DNA of 62,957 nt, counting the filler, from Octopus bimaculoides (Eukaryota), in NCBI RefSeq assembly GCF_001194135.2. It is 4 parts of 3 records of this genome, joined end to end, with 100 filler letters (N's around TTAATTAATTAA, not from the genome) between each part and the next. Parts side by side here need not be neighbours in the genome. Positions count along the whole stretch, not along the records: positions 52,184 to 62,957 come from NC_068984.1; 3 more parts are not named here. One strand, 5' to 3'. The first letter of the stretch is position 1. Every line of letters begins with the position of its first letter. Shown one piece after another: positions 52,084-62,957 of the stretch. Below the pieces are notes generated by a model. That model was not told the DNA's origin. It ran no database searches and saw only the letters and a program-made list of their open reading frames with translations. A program made the translations under genes and the position numbers.

Positions 52084-52183
52084 NNNNNNNNNNNNNNNNN
52101 NNNNNNNNNNNNNNNNNNNNNNNNNNNTTAATTAATTAANNNNNNNNNNNNNNNNNNNNNNNNNNNNNNNNNNNNNNNNNNNN
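52084..52183. other. Artificial scaffold join N44-TTAATTAATTAA-N44
   Basis: Identical pattern to 5042-5141. Confidence 0.9.
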
Positions 52184-52863
52184 TATATATATGTATGTAT
52201 GTATGTATATATATATATGTATATATGTGTATATGTATATACATTTATATACGTCCACGTATACATGCGTTTATATACTCATAGATACGTGTATGTTTGT
52301 GAGTACATAATTTGCATGCGTGTTCGTTGATATGTAGGAATCACGGGTCTTTTGCCAATGAATATCTACGAAAAAAAAATACGGGATATAAGAATATTCT
52401 CGTTATTTGGGATTTTATGGGTAGAAGTACATATAAGTGTATATATATAAAATGATAGAGGAAGAAAGAAAGAGAAAGAAAGAGAAAGAAAATGGAAGAG
52501 AGAGAGAGAGGAAGAAAGAAGCAAAGAAACAAACAAACAAACAAACAAAGAAGGAAGGAAGGAGGGAAGGAAGGAAAGAAGGAAGGAAGATCTTTGTATT
52601 TTTTTGTTTGTTCCTTGCATTTCCAGCAAGTTTGAAGGAACGTTAATCTTGACTATTGCCGGCGTTTAGACTAAATAGACAGGCAAAGGTCATTGATAGC
52701 ATTTGCCCTTTCTATAATGCATACATGCACAAGCATAAATGTGTACCTACATATACATACGTATGTATCTATCTATGTATCTATATGCTTGTATGTGTAT
52801 GTATATGTGTGTGCGAGTATATGTATATATATATATGCATGTATGTATTATATGCATATCGTA

Positions 52864-52894
<31 letters not shown>

Positions 52895-53327
52895 ATGCAT
52901 TATACGTACAATATACATGTGCATGTGTGCATTTCTTTTTACATGTTCATGCTCAGGAATATACACGTATTCATGAAAGAAGTTGCGTTAGCAATTATTT
53001 ACGTTGTAACTCAATATATAATGTTAATAATATATAAGACACAACATTATATGATAACCATATATATTCCAAACCCGCCGACTTGTCTCCGACTGCACAA
53101 TAACTGGATCTGGAGATTGTATCAAACCATGGGTTGTTAGTGTCAGCTGCCTATAACAGCCTGTTTTTCATAAATCTCACTCGAAACCACCACAAACCTG
53201 TTCAGCGACACACATGTTCTTTGTTTCGTTTTGTTTTTGTTCTGATTTTTTTATTTTTGTCGGGGAAACAAATGATATACATGCATTTATGAACATACAA
53301 ATATTTATAGCATAAAATTATATAACG

Positions 53328-53382
<55 letters not shown>

Positions 53383-54799
53383 CACACAAATATGTGTGTG
53401 TTCGCGCGCGCGCTTGTTATGTGTGTTCAGGCGGCGAATTCCTACAGTCGTTAGAGCTTCCATCAAGATGTCTGGCGCTATTTATTTCTTCAGATTTTCC
53501 GCGCTCGGTGTTCAAACGCCGACATGTCCTATCTCGTTGTAGTTTAATTCGGAGCCTGGTATTAACCCCACCCCTGGCACCTTCTTCTCTTTGCCTTGTT
53601 TAAAATGCTTTCTCAAGACTCATGGAAGCGGTCTTCTTTCCTGACTAAAAAATACGAGATTTAAAACCAAGCGAATTGATGAGAATATATACTCTTATGC
53701 CTATAAACGCAGCCTGCACAAGAAAAGGCAAAATACATACTTTGTGTATGCTTCTCATTCATATTTGAAAATATAATGTATGTATATATATANNNNNNNN
53801 NNNNNNNNNNNNNNNNNNNNNNNNNNNNNNNNNNNNNNNNNNNNNNNNNNNNNNNNNNNNNNNNNNNNNNNNNNNNNNNNNNNNNNNNNNNNNNNNNNNN
53901 NNNNNNNNNNNNNNNNNNNNNNNNNNNNNNNNNNNNNNNNNNNNNNNNNNNNNNNNNNNNNNNNNNNNNNNNNNNNNNNNNNNNNNNNNNNNNNNNNNNN
54001 NNNNNNNNNNNNNNNNNNNNNNNNNNNNNNNNNNNNNNNNNNNNNNNNNNNNNNNNNNNNNNNNNNNNNNNNNNNNNNNNNNNNNNNNNNNNNNNNNNNN
54101 NNNNNNNNNNNNNNNNNNNNNNNNNNNNNNNNNNNNNNNNNNNNNNNNNNNNNNNNNNNNNNNNNNNNNNNNNNNNNNNNNNNNNNNNNNNNNNNNNNNN
54201 NNNNNNNNNNNNNNNNNNNNNNNNNNNNNNNNNNNNNNNNNNNNNNNNNNNNNNNNNNNNNNNNNNNNNNNNNNNNNNNNNNNNTATATATTTATTTATT
54301 TATTTATTTATTTGTTTATCTATTTATGTACAATTATAAGGCAAATAAAAAACGGAGAGGATAAACAATCGACAAACATCAGCCTGTAAACATTCAATTA
54401 TATCTATTTATTAATTGATTACAATCATATGTGTTAGTGATCCAAATAAACGAATGAAATAAGCAAATAAGTAAATGAATAGATAAATAAAAAAAAAAGA
54501 GTAGATGAGTGTACAAATACTAAATAAACTCTTCCAAGTTTTCCACATCACGCCAGTGATATATAGGGATGAACAAACATTGGACAGGGGTTGGACAATG
54601 GTTGAGCCCCAAGGCTTTATCAGGGAGACCAAATGTTAAGAAACTAACTTGTGGGGAAGTAAGTTTAAATAATAAAGTAAAATAAAATAAAAACAATATA
54701 ATAGAAATAGTAAGGAATGGTAAGAACGTCATTTCAATGTGCTATCATAATCCATGGTATTTACATCTTGTGGTAAAGAAAGTCACTTCCAGGGCAAAT

Positions 54800-56460
54800 T
54801 TTCGCAGGCTGTGAGGGTTACATTATGTTTCAATTATACTGGGGGAAATAGCGAGGATAGGACGTTGTATGGTTAGTTTAATGGTATGGTTAGTTTAATA
54901 ATAGAGCATTATAAAAGAAATTGGCAGAATTAACTTAAATTGAACCTATTTGGGGAAATTCAATACATAAGTATATCAATGAAAGAAAAATTAGTTAAAA
55001 CCTTAGTGTGATGTTATTATTTGTTACTTATTAATAGAAACCTAATCCCAATACCCCTATGGGTAGTAAGGTGGGGGTCAAAGTTAATCCTACAACCTAA
55101 TTGGTCAGCTAATATTTGAAAACAATGGCGTTGTTCAGGTTCGTTAAAACTATCAATAAAGTACAACAAAAGTAAAAACAAAAATTAAAATATTTAATGA
55201 ATGGATAGTCTAAGGGGTCTTACTAATGAATGGGCGATGAAAATCACTTACGGATATGGATATAGTGTTTTATATGACTATATCTGAGATATATATCAAA
55301 TTAACAAGTAATTGTTTGAACGAGAAAAGAAGCAATTAGTGGAAAAGTAAACAAACATACCGGACTTTATAGGAAAAAGGCAGCCAGTTAGTGTATTATC
55401 ATATTAAAATGCAGAGATAAATTATGCACTAAAATAAGATTTAGGAAGTGTTATTTCGTTATGGATAGATCTGATTTATAATTTCAAGAGTAAATGTCCG
55501 AAATAGAAGAGCAAAGGTTAAAATGCCTGAATTAAAATATTTCCAGACTTATAGACTACAATTGAAGTGGGATAACTGCGTATTGTATTTCAATGTTGGA
55601 GTGTAAAGATATATTTAGACACTTGAAATAAGGTTGAGGTTATTATCAATTATAGATAGAAACAGAAGGTATTCATTTTATGATAAAGGTAGAGCTTAGG
55701 CAACATAATCAACCATATGTGGTATTATAATTGTATCAGGTTGTAGAGTTATGAAATTGTAAACTTATAGAATTAATTACAGTTACAATGGGAGTTATTC
55801 TGGCTAAGGTGGAAATGATGGGATAGACATATAGGGTTTAATGTTATAAGATGTTTTTTTAATCCATCTACATATACAAATTCTGGTAGCTATATGTATC
55901 AAGACACACGGATAAATTCTTAAATAAGTGCTTAAAATTAATGTTTAAAAAATGAATGCTTAGAAATGTATGCTAAGAAATATATGGAGCAACATCCCAA
56001 GGAGAAATTGGTGTGAGTATATAGAGTGTATGGCGTATATAGAGAATGTTGTCTTAAGGATGGCAATCAATATATAAAGAGTTCAGATTGGTGCACTAGC
56101 ACCAATAACATTTAATATTTATAATATTTAGAGAAAGTGTGTTTAGCCTTACGAAGGCAGAAAACATTTCTTTCTTTTTTATTGTTAAGTAAAGGAAAAT
56201 TGGCCTTTAATATAAAAAGGATCTCACTTATACACAATATACATTTCTTATTCTTTACGTCATACGCAGGTGCTGAGGCTAAGATTTTCCAATGGAGGTC
56301 ATAGCTAATACTCTTATCTTTGAGGTCCTATATATAATTACCCAAACCAGTGGAATTCCTCCTATTTCTGTTTCTGAAGGTATACAGATGGTGATTCAGT
56401 CTACGCTTCATATGGTTTTGGGTGGCCTCCACATATACCTTATTATTCTATTGAGTACTC
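54800..56460 (+). mobile_element. Very old L1/Tx1-like ORF2 relic (tentative)
   Basis: Purine-rich strand with fragments NEWAMKITYGYG..VLY, GKRQPVSVL, KIFQWR and STLHM in L1 ORF2 order; no open frame. Confidence 0.35.
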
Positions 56461-56628
56461 ACTACACTTTGGTAAACTTTTTTTTTATTGTAATTATTAC
56501 TAAAGACACAATTATTACAATTTCTACAATCACAAAGTTTATACTGTTTTGCGGGTTCTACACTCGTAGGGTTAATGTGTATATTGGGGGTATCGCTAGG
56601 TGCAATATAATTATTGTTATTATTATTG

Positions 56629-57145
56629 AGTGAGACAGCAGTCCTTGCCATCAAAGTGACTCTGGGGTAAAATATATGAAGCCGATTATACCCATCATGA
56701 CTACCCGTCTGATAAGGGTACACCAGGCACATGCATCACAACCATATGTGCGCGACATGGTGATCTCATATCAAGACAGAACAGCGCATGACCCACGCAG
56801 GTGGGGCCCAGTTAAAATTTTCTTCATGTCGAGTAGCCCCTTCTGCTCAAAAGGTCCCTGAATAAGGTTTGTTTAAGGATGTTGAGCAAAATACCAATGT
56901 TTCCAAAGGTGAATTATTCAAGCGCCAAAGAATTCCTCTCAGCACATGGCTATGATACTTCCCCACTACTTCTGCTCATCATCAGAAATGCACATATCGT
57001 CAGCCACCAAGGGACATGCTCAACTGGTTAAGGTCAAGCAACTGACAAGCAAATCTGTGGTATTGAGCAGAATATTTGCTGTAGCCCATCTTTTATACCA
57101 AGACAAAACAATGTACATGATAACACTTCCAATCAATTAAGATAT
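56629..57145. repeat. Unclassified ~520-bp repeat, copy 2
   Basis: Colinear with 4140-4663. Confidence 0.9.
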
Positions 57146-57686
57146 TATTTTTATAATTATAATTATTAATATTATTAGTGTATACATCCTTATTGTTATT
57201 TTTTCTATTTAAGTAGAAAGTGTCAAGATTTTTATTATTCATGGAAGAGATGATAGTGGCGAGGTTATTCTTATTGTTTTACTATTAATGATTTCCCAGC
57301 ATTTTTTTCCTTTTATAAAGTATTTGTTAATTAGTTTAAAGATTGTTTTTACTAAGTTGTTTTTTAATTTGCATAGTATGTGGTAATATTAGCCAGACAG
57401 TATCGTTTGTTCGCAGGATTAGGATTATTGTATTTTAGTTTATTATTATTTGGGAAATAATTCTTATTATTATTAATAATATTGACGTTATACCCATCAT
57501 TAGTATTACTATTGTTATTACTATTAATGGGGCTATGACGGGTGTCTGTTTGGGATTTCTTATTAATAGATTTCTTATTAATAGTATGCACTTGAATATA
57601 AATACGTAGGTATACATCCAGTAGTATATTGGATATTTAATATCCCTAGGCTGGTTACATAACCTTTAACTCATACAGACATGTAT

Positions 57687-57723
<37 letters not shown>

Positions 57724-57944
57724 NNNNNNNNNNNNNNNNNNNNNNNNNNNNNNNNNNNNNNNNNNNNNNNNNNNNNNNNNNNNNNNNNNNNNNNNNNNNN
57801 NNNNNNNNNNNNNNNNNNNNNNNNNNNNNNNNNNNNNNNNNNNNNNNNNNNNNNNNNNNNNNNNNNNNNNNNNNNNNNNNNNNNNNNNNNNNNNNNNNNN
57901 NNNNNNNNNNNNNNNNNNNNNNNNNNNNNNNNNNNNNNNNNNNN

Positions 57945-58039
<95 letters not shown>

Positions 58040-58402
58040 TTGATATATCGTTCCAAAATTTGTAATATAATCAATAACGGAGCAAAATCATAACTAACAA
58101 AATGGAACGTCTTATTTATGGGCAAAGTATATATATTATCTGAAGAACAGCAAACATTTTCTCGAACTAGAAATGCAGATTTTAAAAAAAACATATACTA
58201 AAATTGAACTTGGCATAGGTAAAAATTATATCGTTTCTGTAAACTCAAATATTATAAACGCCAATGAAGTATTGCAACAAATGACAGCAGAGCTTTAAGC
58301 TATGGATAGTGTTCGCTTTTTAGTTTTTTTCCGAATGTTATCTTTAATATGATCATTCACAACATTATTGATTGTATATATTTTGAAAGGTATACTACCT
58401 AT

Positions 58403-58590
58403 ACGAGGTTAGAATCGAAGTCTATTTCCTAGCTTACCTACTAAACAAACTATTTTGTTCATTCCTTGAAATAGGTGGCCTTTCTGTAACAACTTCTGGT
58501 CGCTTTCCGCAATATTTTCCAATCCGGCATACAAAACAAAGCCATTCATTAAACAACAAATATTATTAGTTATAATGTTTAACTCAGTAA
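58403..58590 (-). mobile_element. Mariner 3' end fragment
   Basis: tacgaggttagaatc TIR-like end; minus frame FVLYAGLENIAESDQKLLQKGHLF resembles the mariner C-terminus. Confidence 0.55.
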
Positions 58591-58641
58591 TTATCTTTTC
58601 CAGTATATTCCCCAAATTCTGGCATTGTATTCTAAGTAGTT

Positions 58642-58722
<81 letters not shown>

Positions 58723-59044
58723 TGTGCGTGTGTGTGTGGCTTTTCGTGCAGTACAACCTGCATACATAATATTATTCGTATATACAAACAAAAACAATTT
58801 CATTCATGTAATATAGTTAATATGAAAATATTAACTATACATAATATGCAATTTCAGTGATACATGTTTACGTAATCTTGCCACTATATAATTATCATGA
58901 CTACAGCTTGTAAATATAGCCATTTCAGGTGACCTACATCATAAACCTCAACACAGCATTCCAGCATTAATGCTTCTGAGTGAATTGTCTTGACTTAGAG
59001 ATAAATCTTGTTGAATTGTATCAGCAAGAGTTTTATATATTTAT

Positions 59045-59497
59045 GTACGAGGGTGTCTTAAAAGTTTTGAGCCTAACGTAGAATCGGGGCTGCTATATAG
59101 TTGAAACAATTTTCTCTCGTACGTACAGTCTTTTCGGAGTATTCTTGCTCATTTTCATGATTCTGATATTTTAATTTTTTTTTGTTGCAGATTTTTTAAT
59201 AAACAAGCTTCGAATTTACAAGGAAAATGGAGAAGACTGACTGAGTATCGTGCTGTCATAAAGTACCTTCATTTGAAAGGCATGACTCCATCAGAAATCC
59301 ATGAAGATATGATGAGAACCTTAACAGACAATGCTCCTTCATATGCAACAGTCAAACACTGGGTAAATGAATTCAAGCGTGGCAGGAAGAGTGTGGAATA
59401 TGATCCAAGACCAGGGAGACGTACAACTGCAACTACCAAGGACGACCTTGACCTTGCTCTTGGTATGGTAATGCAAGATCGCCGAATATCATGTCGT
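59045..59497 (+). mobile_element. Mariner 5' end with transposase N-terminus
   Basis: tacgagggtgtcttaaaagt terminus; frame YRAVIKYLHLKGMTPSEIHEDMMRTL..PSYATVKHWVNEFKRGRKSVEYDPRPGR..DRRIS. Confidence 0.9.
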
Positions 59498-60119
59498 ACA
59501 TCATCCATAAAGAACCAGCGATCTGACTGTGCTTATTCACATGTCATATTGAATTCTCAGGTCAACATAATGATATTTGGAAATAAGACAGGGTAAAATA
59601 TGTCGGTTACTAATTTTTCGAGTTCCAATATATTTTGGGTGTTTAATGTAAATAGCATATTGATATAATTGTTTGTTCAAGTTCCTATGAACTTCCTGTA
59701 TACTCTTGACCCAACACGTACAAACATAATATGCATGTATCGCTGCATGTCGAGTGGTGAAATAATCAAGGTATCTTTGTGTGCAAAGTGATATAACTGA
59801 TAAGTCAAATACTTTAACCAAATTAAAGATAACAGTTATACTACTTCTAACATATATTTAACTAGCTCGACACAAACAATTATTCACAGACAGCTGCAGA
59901 CTCTCTAAAATGAAGCTTGTCTGTGTTGCTTCTGGCTTAATAGGTTTATTTTTAATAACTTTTACATCCACAATCCCATCAGGTGTGGCAGTCGAAGATG
60001 ACTCAGCAGGTATATATATATATAATATTTATACTGGTTATATGTGCATTTACAAGTATTACAAGTATATGTTAGATTGCTAAATATATTTTTAAATATG
60101 TTATAAATACAATCAGTTT

Positions 60120-60280
60120 TCACGAGCTGACAGAATTGTTTGCTTAACGGCATTTCGTTAGTCTTTATGTTTTGAGTTCAAATTCCGCCGAGGTCGACTC
60201 TGTCTTTCATCCTTTCGGTGTCGATAAATTGAGTACCAGTGAATCACTGGAGTCAATGTAATCGACTAGTCCCCTCTCCC
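60120..60280 (+). mobile_element. SINE family A
   Basis: gagctgacagaattg..gagttcaaattccgccgaggtcgac. Confidence 0.85.
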
Positions 60281-60315
<35 letters not shown>

Positions 60316-60874
60316 TAAAAGCCTGAATATTAAAATGTTATTTTCTTGTCATTCACAGTAATATATGCTGTTTAAAATGTTCCTACTTTATATGTATTTC
60401 TCTCTCACCCTTTCTCTCTACCTCTAACTTCAGCTAACTTGTTAACCGTGTAATTCTCCTCTTCACACCGTTATCGTTTCTCTTTCTCTTTCTCTTCACC
60501 TCTCACTATGTGACAGCGTAATGCATTGGCTGGTATTGCGTCAGTACTCTCAATATATCTGCATCTCATTCTTCATAAAATTTCCCTCTCGTTTCTATCT
60601 TTCTACCTGTATTTCCCTAACCTCAACGCAAGAACATCATTCCTCTCTAAACCTTGTGTTTCTAACTCTGTATACATCCCTCCCTTCATCTAACATTTTA
60701 ACCACGTAATAACTATTACCTCACAGCGTTAACACATTTCTCTCCCTCTGTTTGTCTCACTCTTCGTTTCTCCCTTCAACTAATCACGTAATGCATTCGA
60801 CCTTAGCGCATTAATTTATCGATAAAATAATAATGGTTTCGAAATATTGTTATTAATATTTGTACAGTGGGGTA

Positions 60875-61360
60875 CAAATATACAAAATCAAATATATCCA
60901 TCATGACTACCCAAGCACATGCATCACAAACATAAGTGCTCAGTATGGTGATCTCATGTCAAGATAAACAATGAATAACCTTGCAGGTGGGCTTCCGTTA
61001 GAATTTTCCTCAGGTTGAGAGGCCAATCTTGTTCAAAAGGTTCTTGGATGAAGGTTGTTTAAGGATGATAAATGCAACACCTATGTTTCCAGAGATCAAT
61101 TATTCAAACCCAATGAATTACTCCCGACACATGGCTATGATGCTCCTCCACTACTGCTCGTAATCAGAAATGCACATATCATCAGCCAATAAGGGATATA
61201 ATTAAATGGTTACGGTCAAGCAACGGACAAGCAAATCTACAGTATTGAGCAGAATATTTGCTGTGGCCCATCTTTTGCAGCAAGATAAAATATGTGTATG
61301 ATAGCACATCTAATTATTTAAGATCAGAAGCCATGACAGTCACTGCTTATTACTGCATCA
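60875..61360. repeat. Unclassified ~520-bp repeat, copy 3 (degenerate)
   Basis: Colinear with copies 1, 2 and 4. Confidence 0.8.
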
Positions 61361-61501
61361 TGATCAATTCCACCGAGGTCGACTTTACATTTCATCTTTT
61401 CGGGGGTCGATAAATTAAGTACCAGTTGCGCACTGGGGGTTGATCTAATCGACTAGACCCCTCCCCAAACATTTCAGGCTTTGTGCCTATAGTACAAAGT
61501 A

Positions 61502-61568
<67 letters not shown>

Positions 61569-61596
61569 TATTATTATTATTATTACTATTATTGAC

Positions 61597-62135
61597 TGAG
61601 AGAGCAGTGCATGCCATGAAAATGACACTGGGGTAAAATATACGAAGCTCAGTATGTTTGTCATGATTACCTGTCTAATAAGGATAAACCAAACACATGC
61701 ATCACAACCATATGAACGCGACATGGTGATTTCATATGAAAATAAACAATGAATGACCTTACAGGTGGAGCCCAGCTAAAATTTTCTTCAGGTAGCGTAG
61801 CCCATTCCACTCAAGAGGTCACTGAATATGAGTCGTTTAAGGATGTTGAACGAAACACCCATGTTTCCAGAGGTGAATTATTCAAACCCCAAAGAATTCC
61901 TCTCGACACATGGCTATGATGCTCCCCACCACTACTTCTGCCCATGATCAGAGATGCACACATCGTCAGCCACGTAGGGACATGCTCATCTGACTAAGAT
62001 CAAATAACTGACAAGCAAATCTGTAGTATTGAGAAGAATATTTGTTGTAGCCTGTCTTTCATAAGAAGACAAAAGATGTACATGATAACACTTCCAGTCA
62101 GTTAAGATCAGAAGCCATGACAGCCAGTGCCTGGT
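61597..62135. repeat. Unclassified ~520-bp repeat, copy 4
   Basis: Colinear with copy 1; preceded by a family A SINE fragment (61365-61500) and (ATT)n(ATC)n. Confidence 0.9.
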
Positions 62136-62164
62136 TGTTGTTGTTGTAAATTTTGTATTTGTCT

Positions 62165-62237
62165 TTAGCTTAATGATTTAGAGCACCGCGACGCGTAATC
62201 ACGGAGGTGTGAGTTCGAGTCTCATAGCCGGCCACCA
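62165..62237 (+). pseudogene. tRNA-Thr(CGT)-like pseudogene
   Basis: D-arm-like tagcttaatgatttagagca; anticodon arm ccgcga-cgCGTaa-tcacgg; T arm gtgag-ttcgagt-ctcat; T-run at ~62242. The 5' acceptor strand does not pair with agccggc. Confidence 0.6.
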
Positions 62238-62282
62238 ACACTTTTTTCTGCAAAATAGGCGTAGCTTATCCTGCTCTGGCTA

Positions 62283-62339
<57 letters not shown>

Positions 62340-62344
62340 TATTG

Positions 62345-62957
62345 TTCAGTAGTTTTATTTTTATAACGTGCTTTCACTTCACTACCGAGCGCAGCTCTGT
62401 GCGNNNNNNNNNNTTATTTTTATAACGTGCTTTCACTTCACTACCGAGCGCAGCTCTGTGCGCCTTGGGTATGTGCTGTGGTTTGCTGTGATGCTCTTAT
62501 TGTTACTGTATTGAAAGTGTTTTGCGTAGGATGTGTGCAGCGCCCAATAGTGCAATTGTCTGTATGTTATATATATTTGTAAGCCCTGGTGTTTTTGTTA
62601 TTTATTTGTCTGAATATTTTTTATTATACCTACAGCGCTTACTATGATAGGAATTGTTTCTGTTTTTAGATTCCACATTCGAGTTACCTCTATTTCCAGG
62701 TCTTTGTATTTTGAAAGTTTCTCCATTTCTTTTAGGGAAACGTTGTCATCTGCTGGTATTGATACATCAATTAGAAAGCATTTTTTCCTTCGTGATCTTT
62801 GACAACTATATCTGGCCTATTGGCCTTAATTTCTCTATCTGTGTGTATTGGCATATCTCTGAGTATGGTTGCTTTCTCCTTTTCTGTGACCTTTTCTGGC
62901 GTGTGTTTATACCATCTTTTTTCTGTTGTTATTCCATAGTGTTGGCATAGCTTCCAG
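62345..62957 (-). mobile_element. R4/Dong-like LINE 3' part (same subfamily as 18170-18525), runs off the window end
   Basis: Reverse complement matches 18170-18520; 3' end abuts (ATT)n at ~62284-62345. A short duplication flanks the 62404 gap. Confidence 0.85.

Noticed and set aside
54500-56280. Nuclear mitochondrial insertion (NUMT)
   Set aside because: The strand skew is suggestive, but translation with the invertebrate mitochondrial code gave no recognisable cox, nad, cytb or atp motifs and many stops.
62345-62460. Direct repeat ttatttttataacgtgc...gctctgtgcg on both sides of a 10-N gap
   Set aside because: Typical contig-overlap artefact at a gap.

Overview
AT-rich, repeat-dominated animal genomic DNA. 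The SINE/LINE families and the dense (ATT)n, (CA)n and (TA)n microsatellites point to an octopus (inference from repeat content). I found no intact protein-coding gene; nearly all ORFs in the supplied track are microsatellite translations, N-gap read-throughs or antisense frames of transposon relics. The supportable content is: many tRNA-derived SINEs (at least four families), an unclassified ~520-bp non-coding repeat (4 copies), and relics of R4/Dong-like, Tx1/L1-like, RTE and other LINEs. There are also hAT MITEs with 8-bp TSDs, mariner and maT (DD37D) fragments, and a tRNA-Thr(CGT)-like pseudogene. Three 100-bp artificial joins (N44-TTAATTAATTAA-N44) split the window into possibly non-contiguous blocks. 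The best leads are: (1) a decayed intronless Toll-like-receptor-like relic at 41.8-43.5 kb, with a possible second TIR relic at 37.9-38.3 kb; (2) a head-to-head Tx1/Dong junction in which the Dong copy carries an internal inversion; (3) a mariner fold-back element built from two 5' ends; (4) a CpG-depleted left half versus a CpG-retaining right half, with a CpG-rich candidate promoter at 14-16 kb. All protein similarities are by-eye motif recognition, not database results, and most boundaries are approximate.
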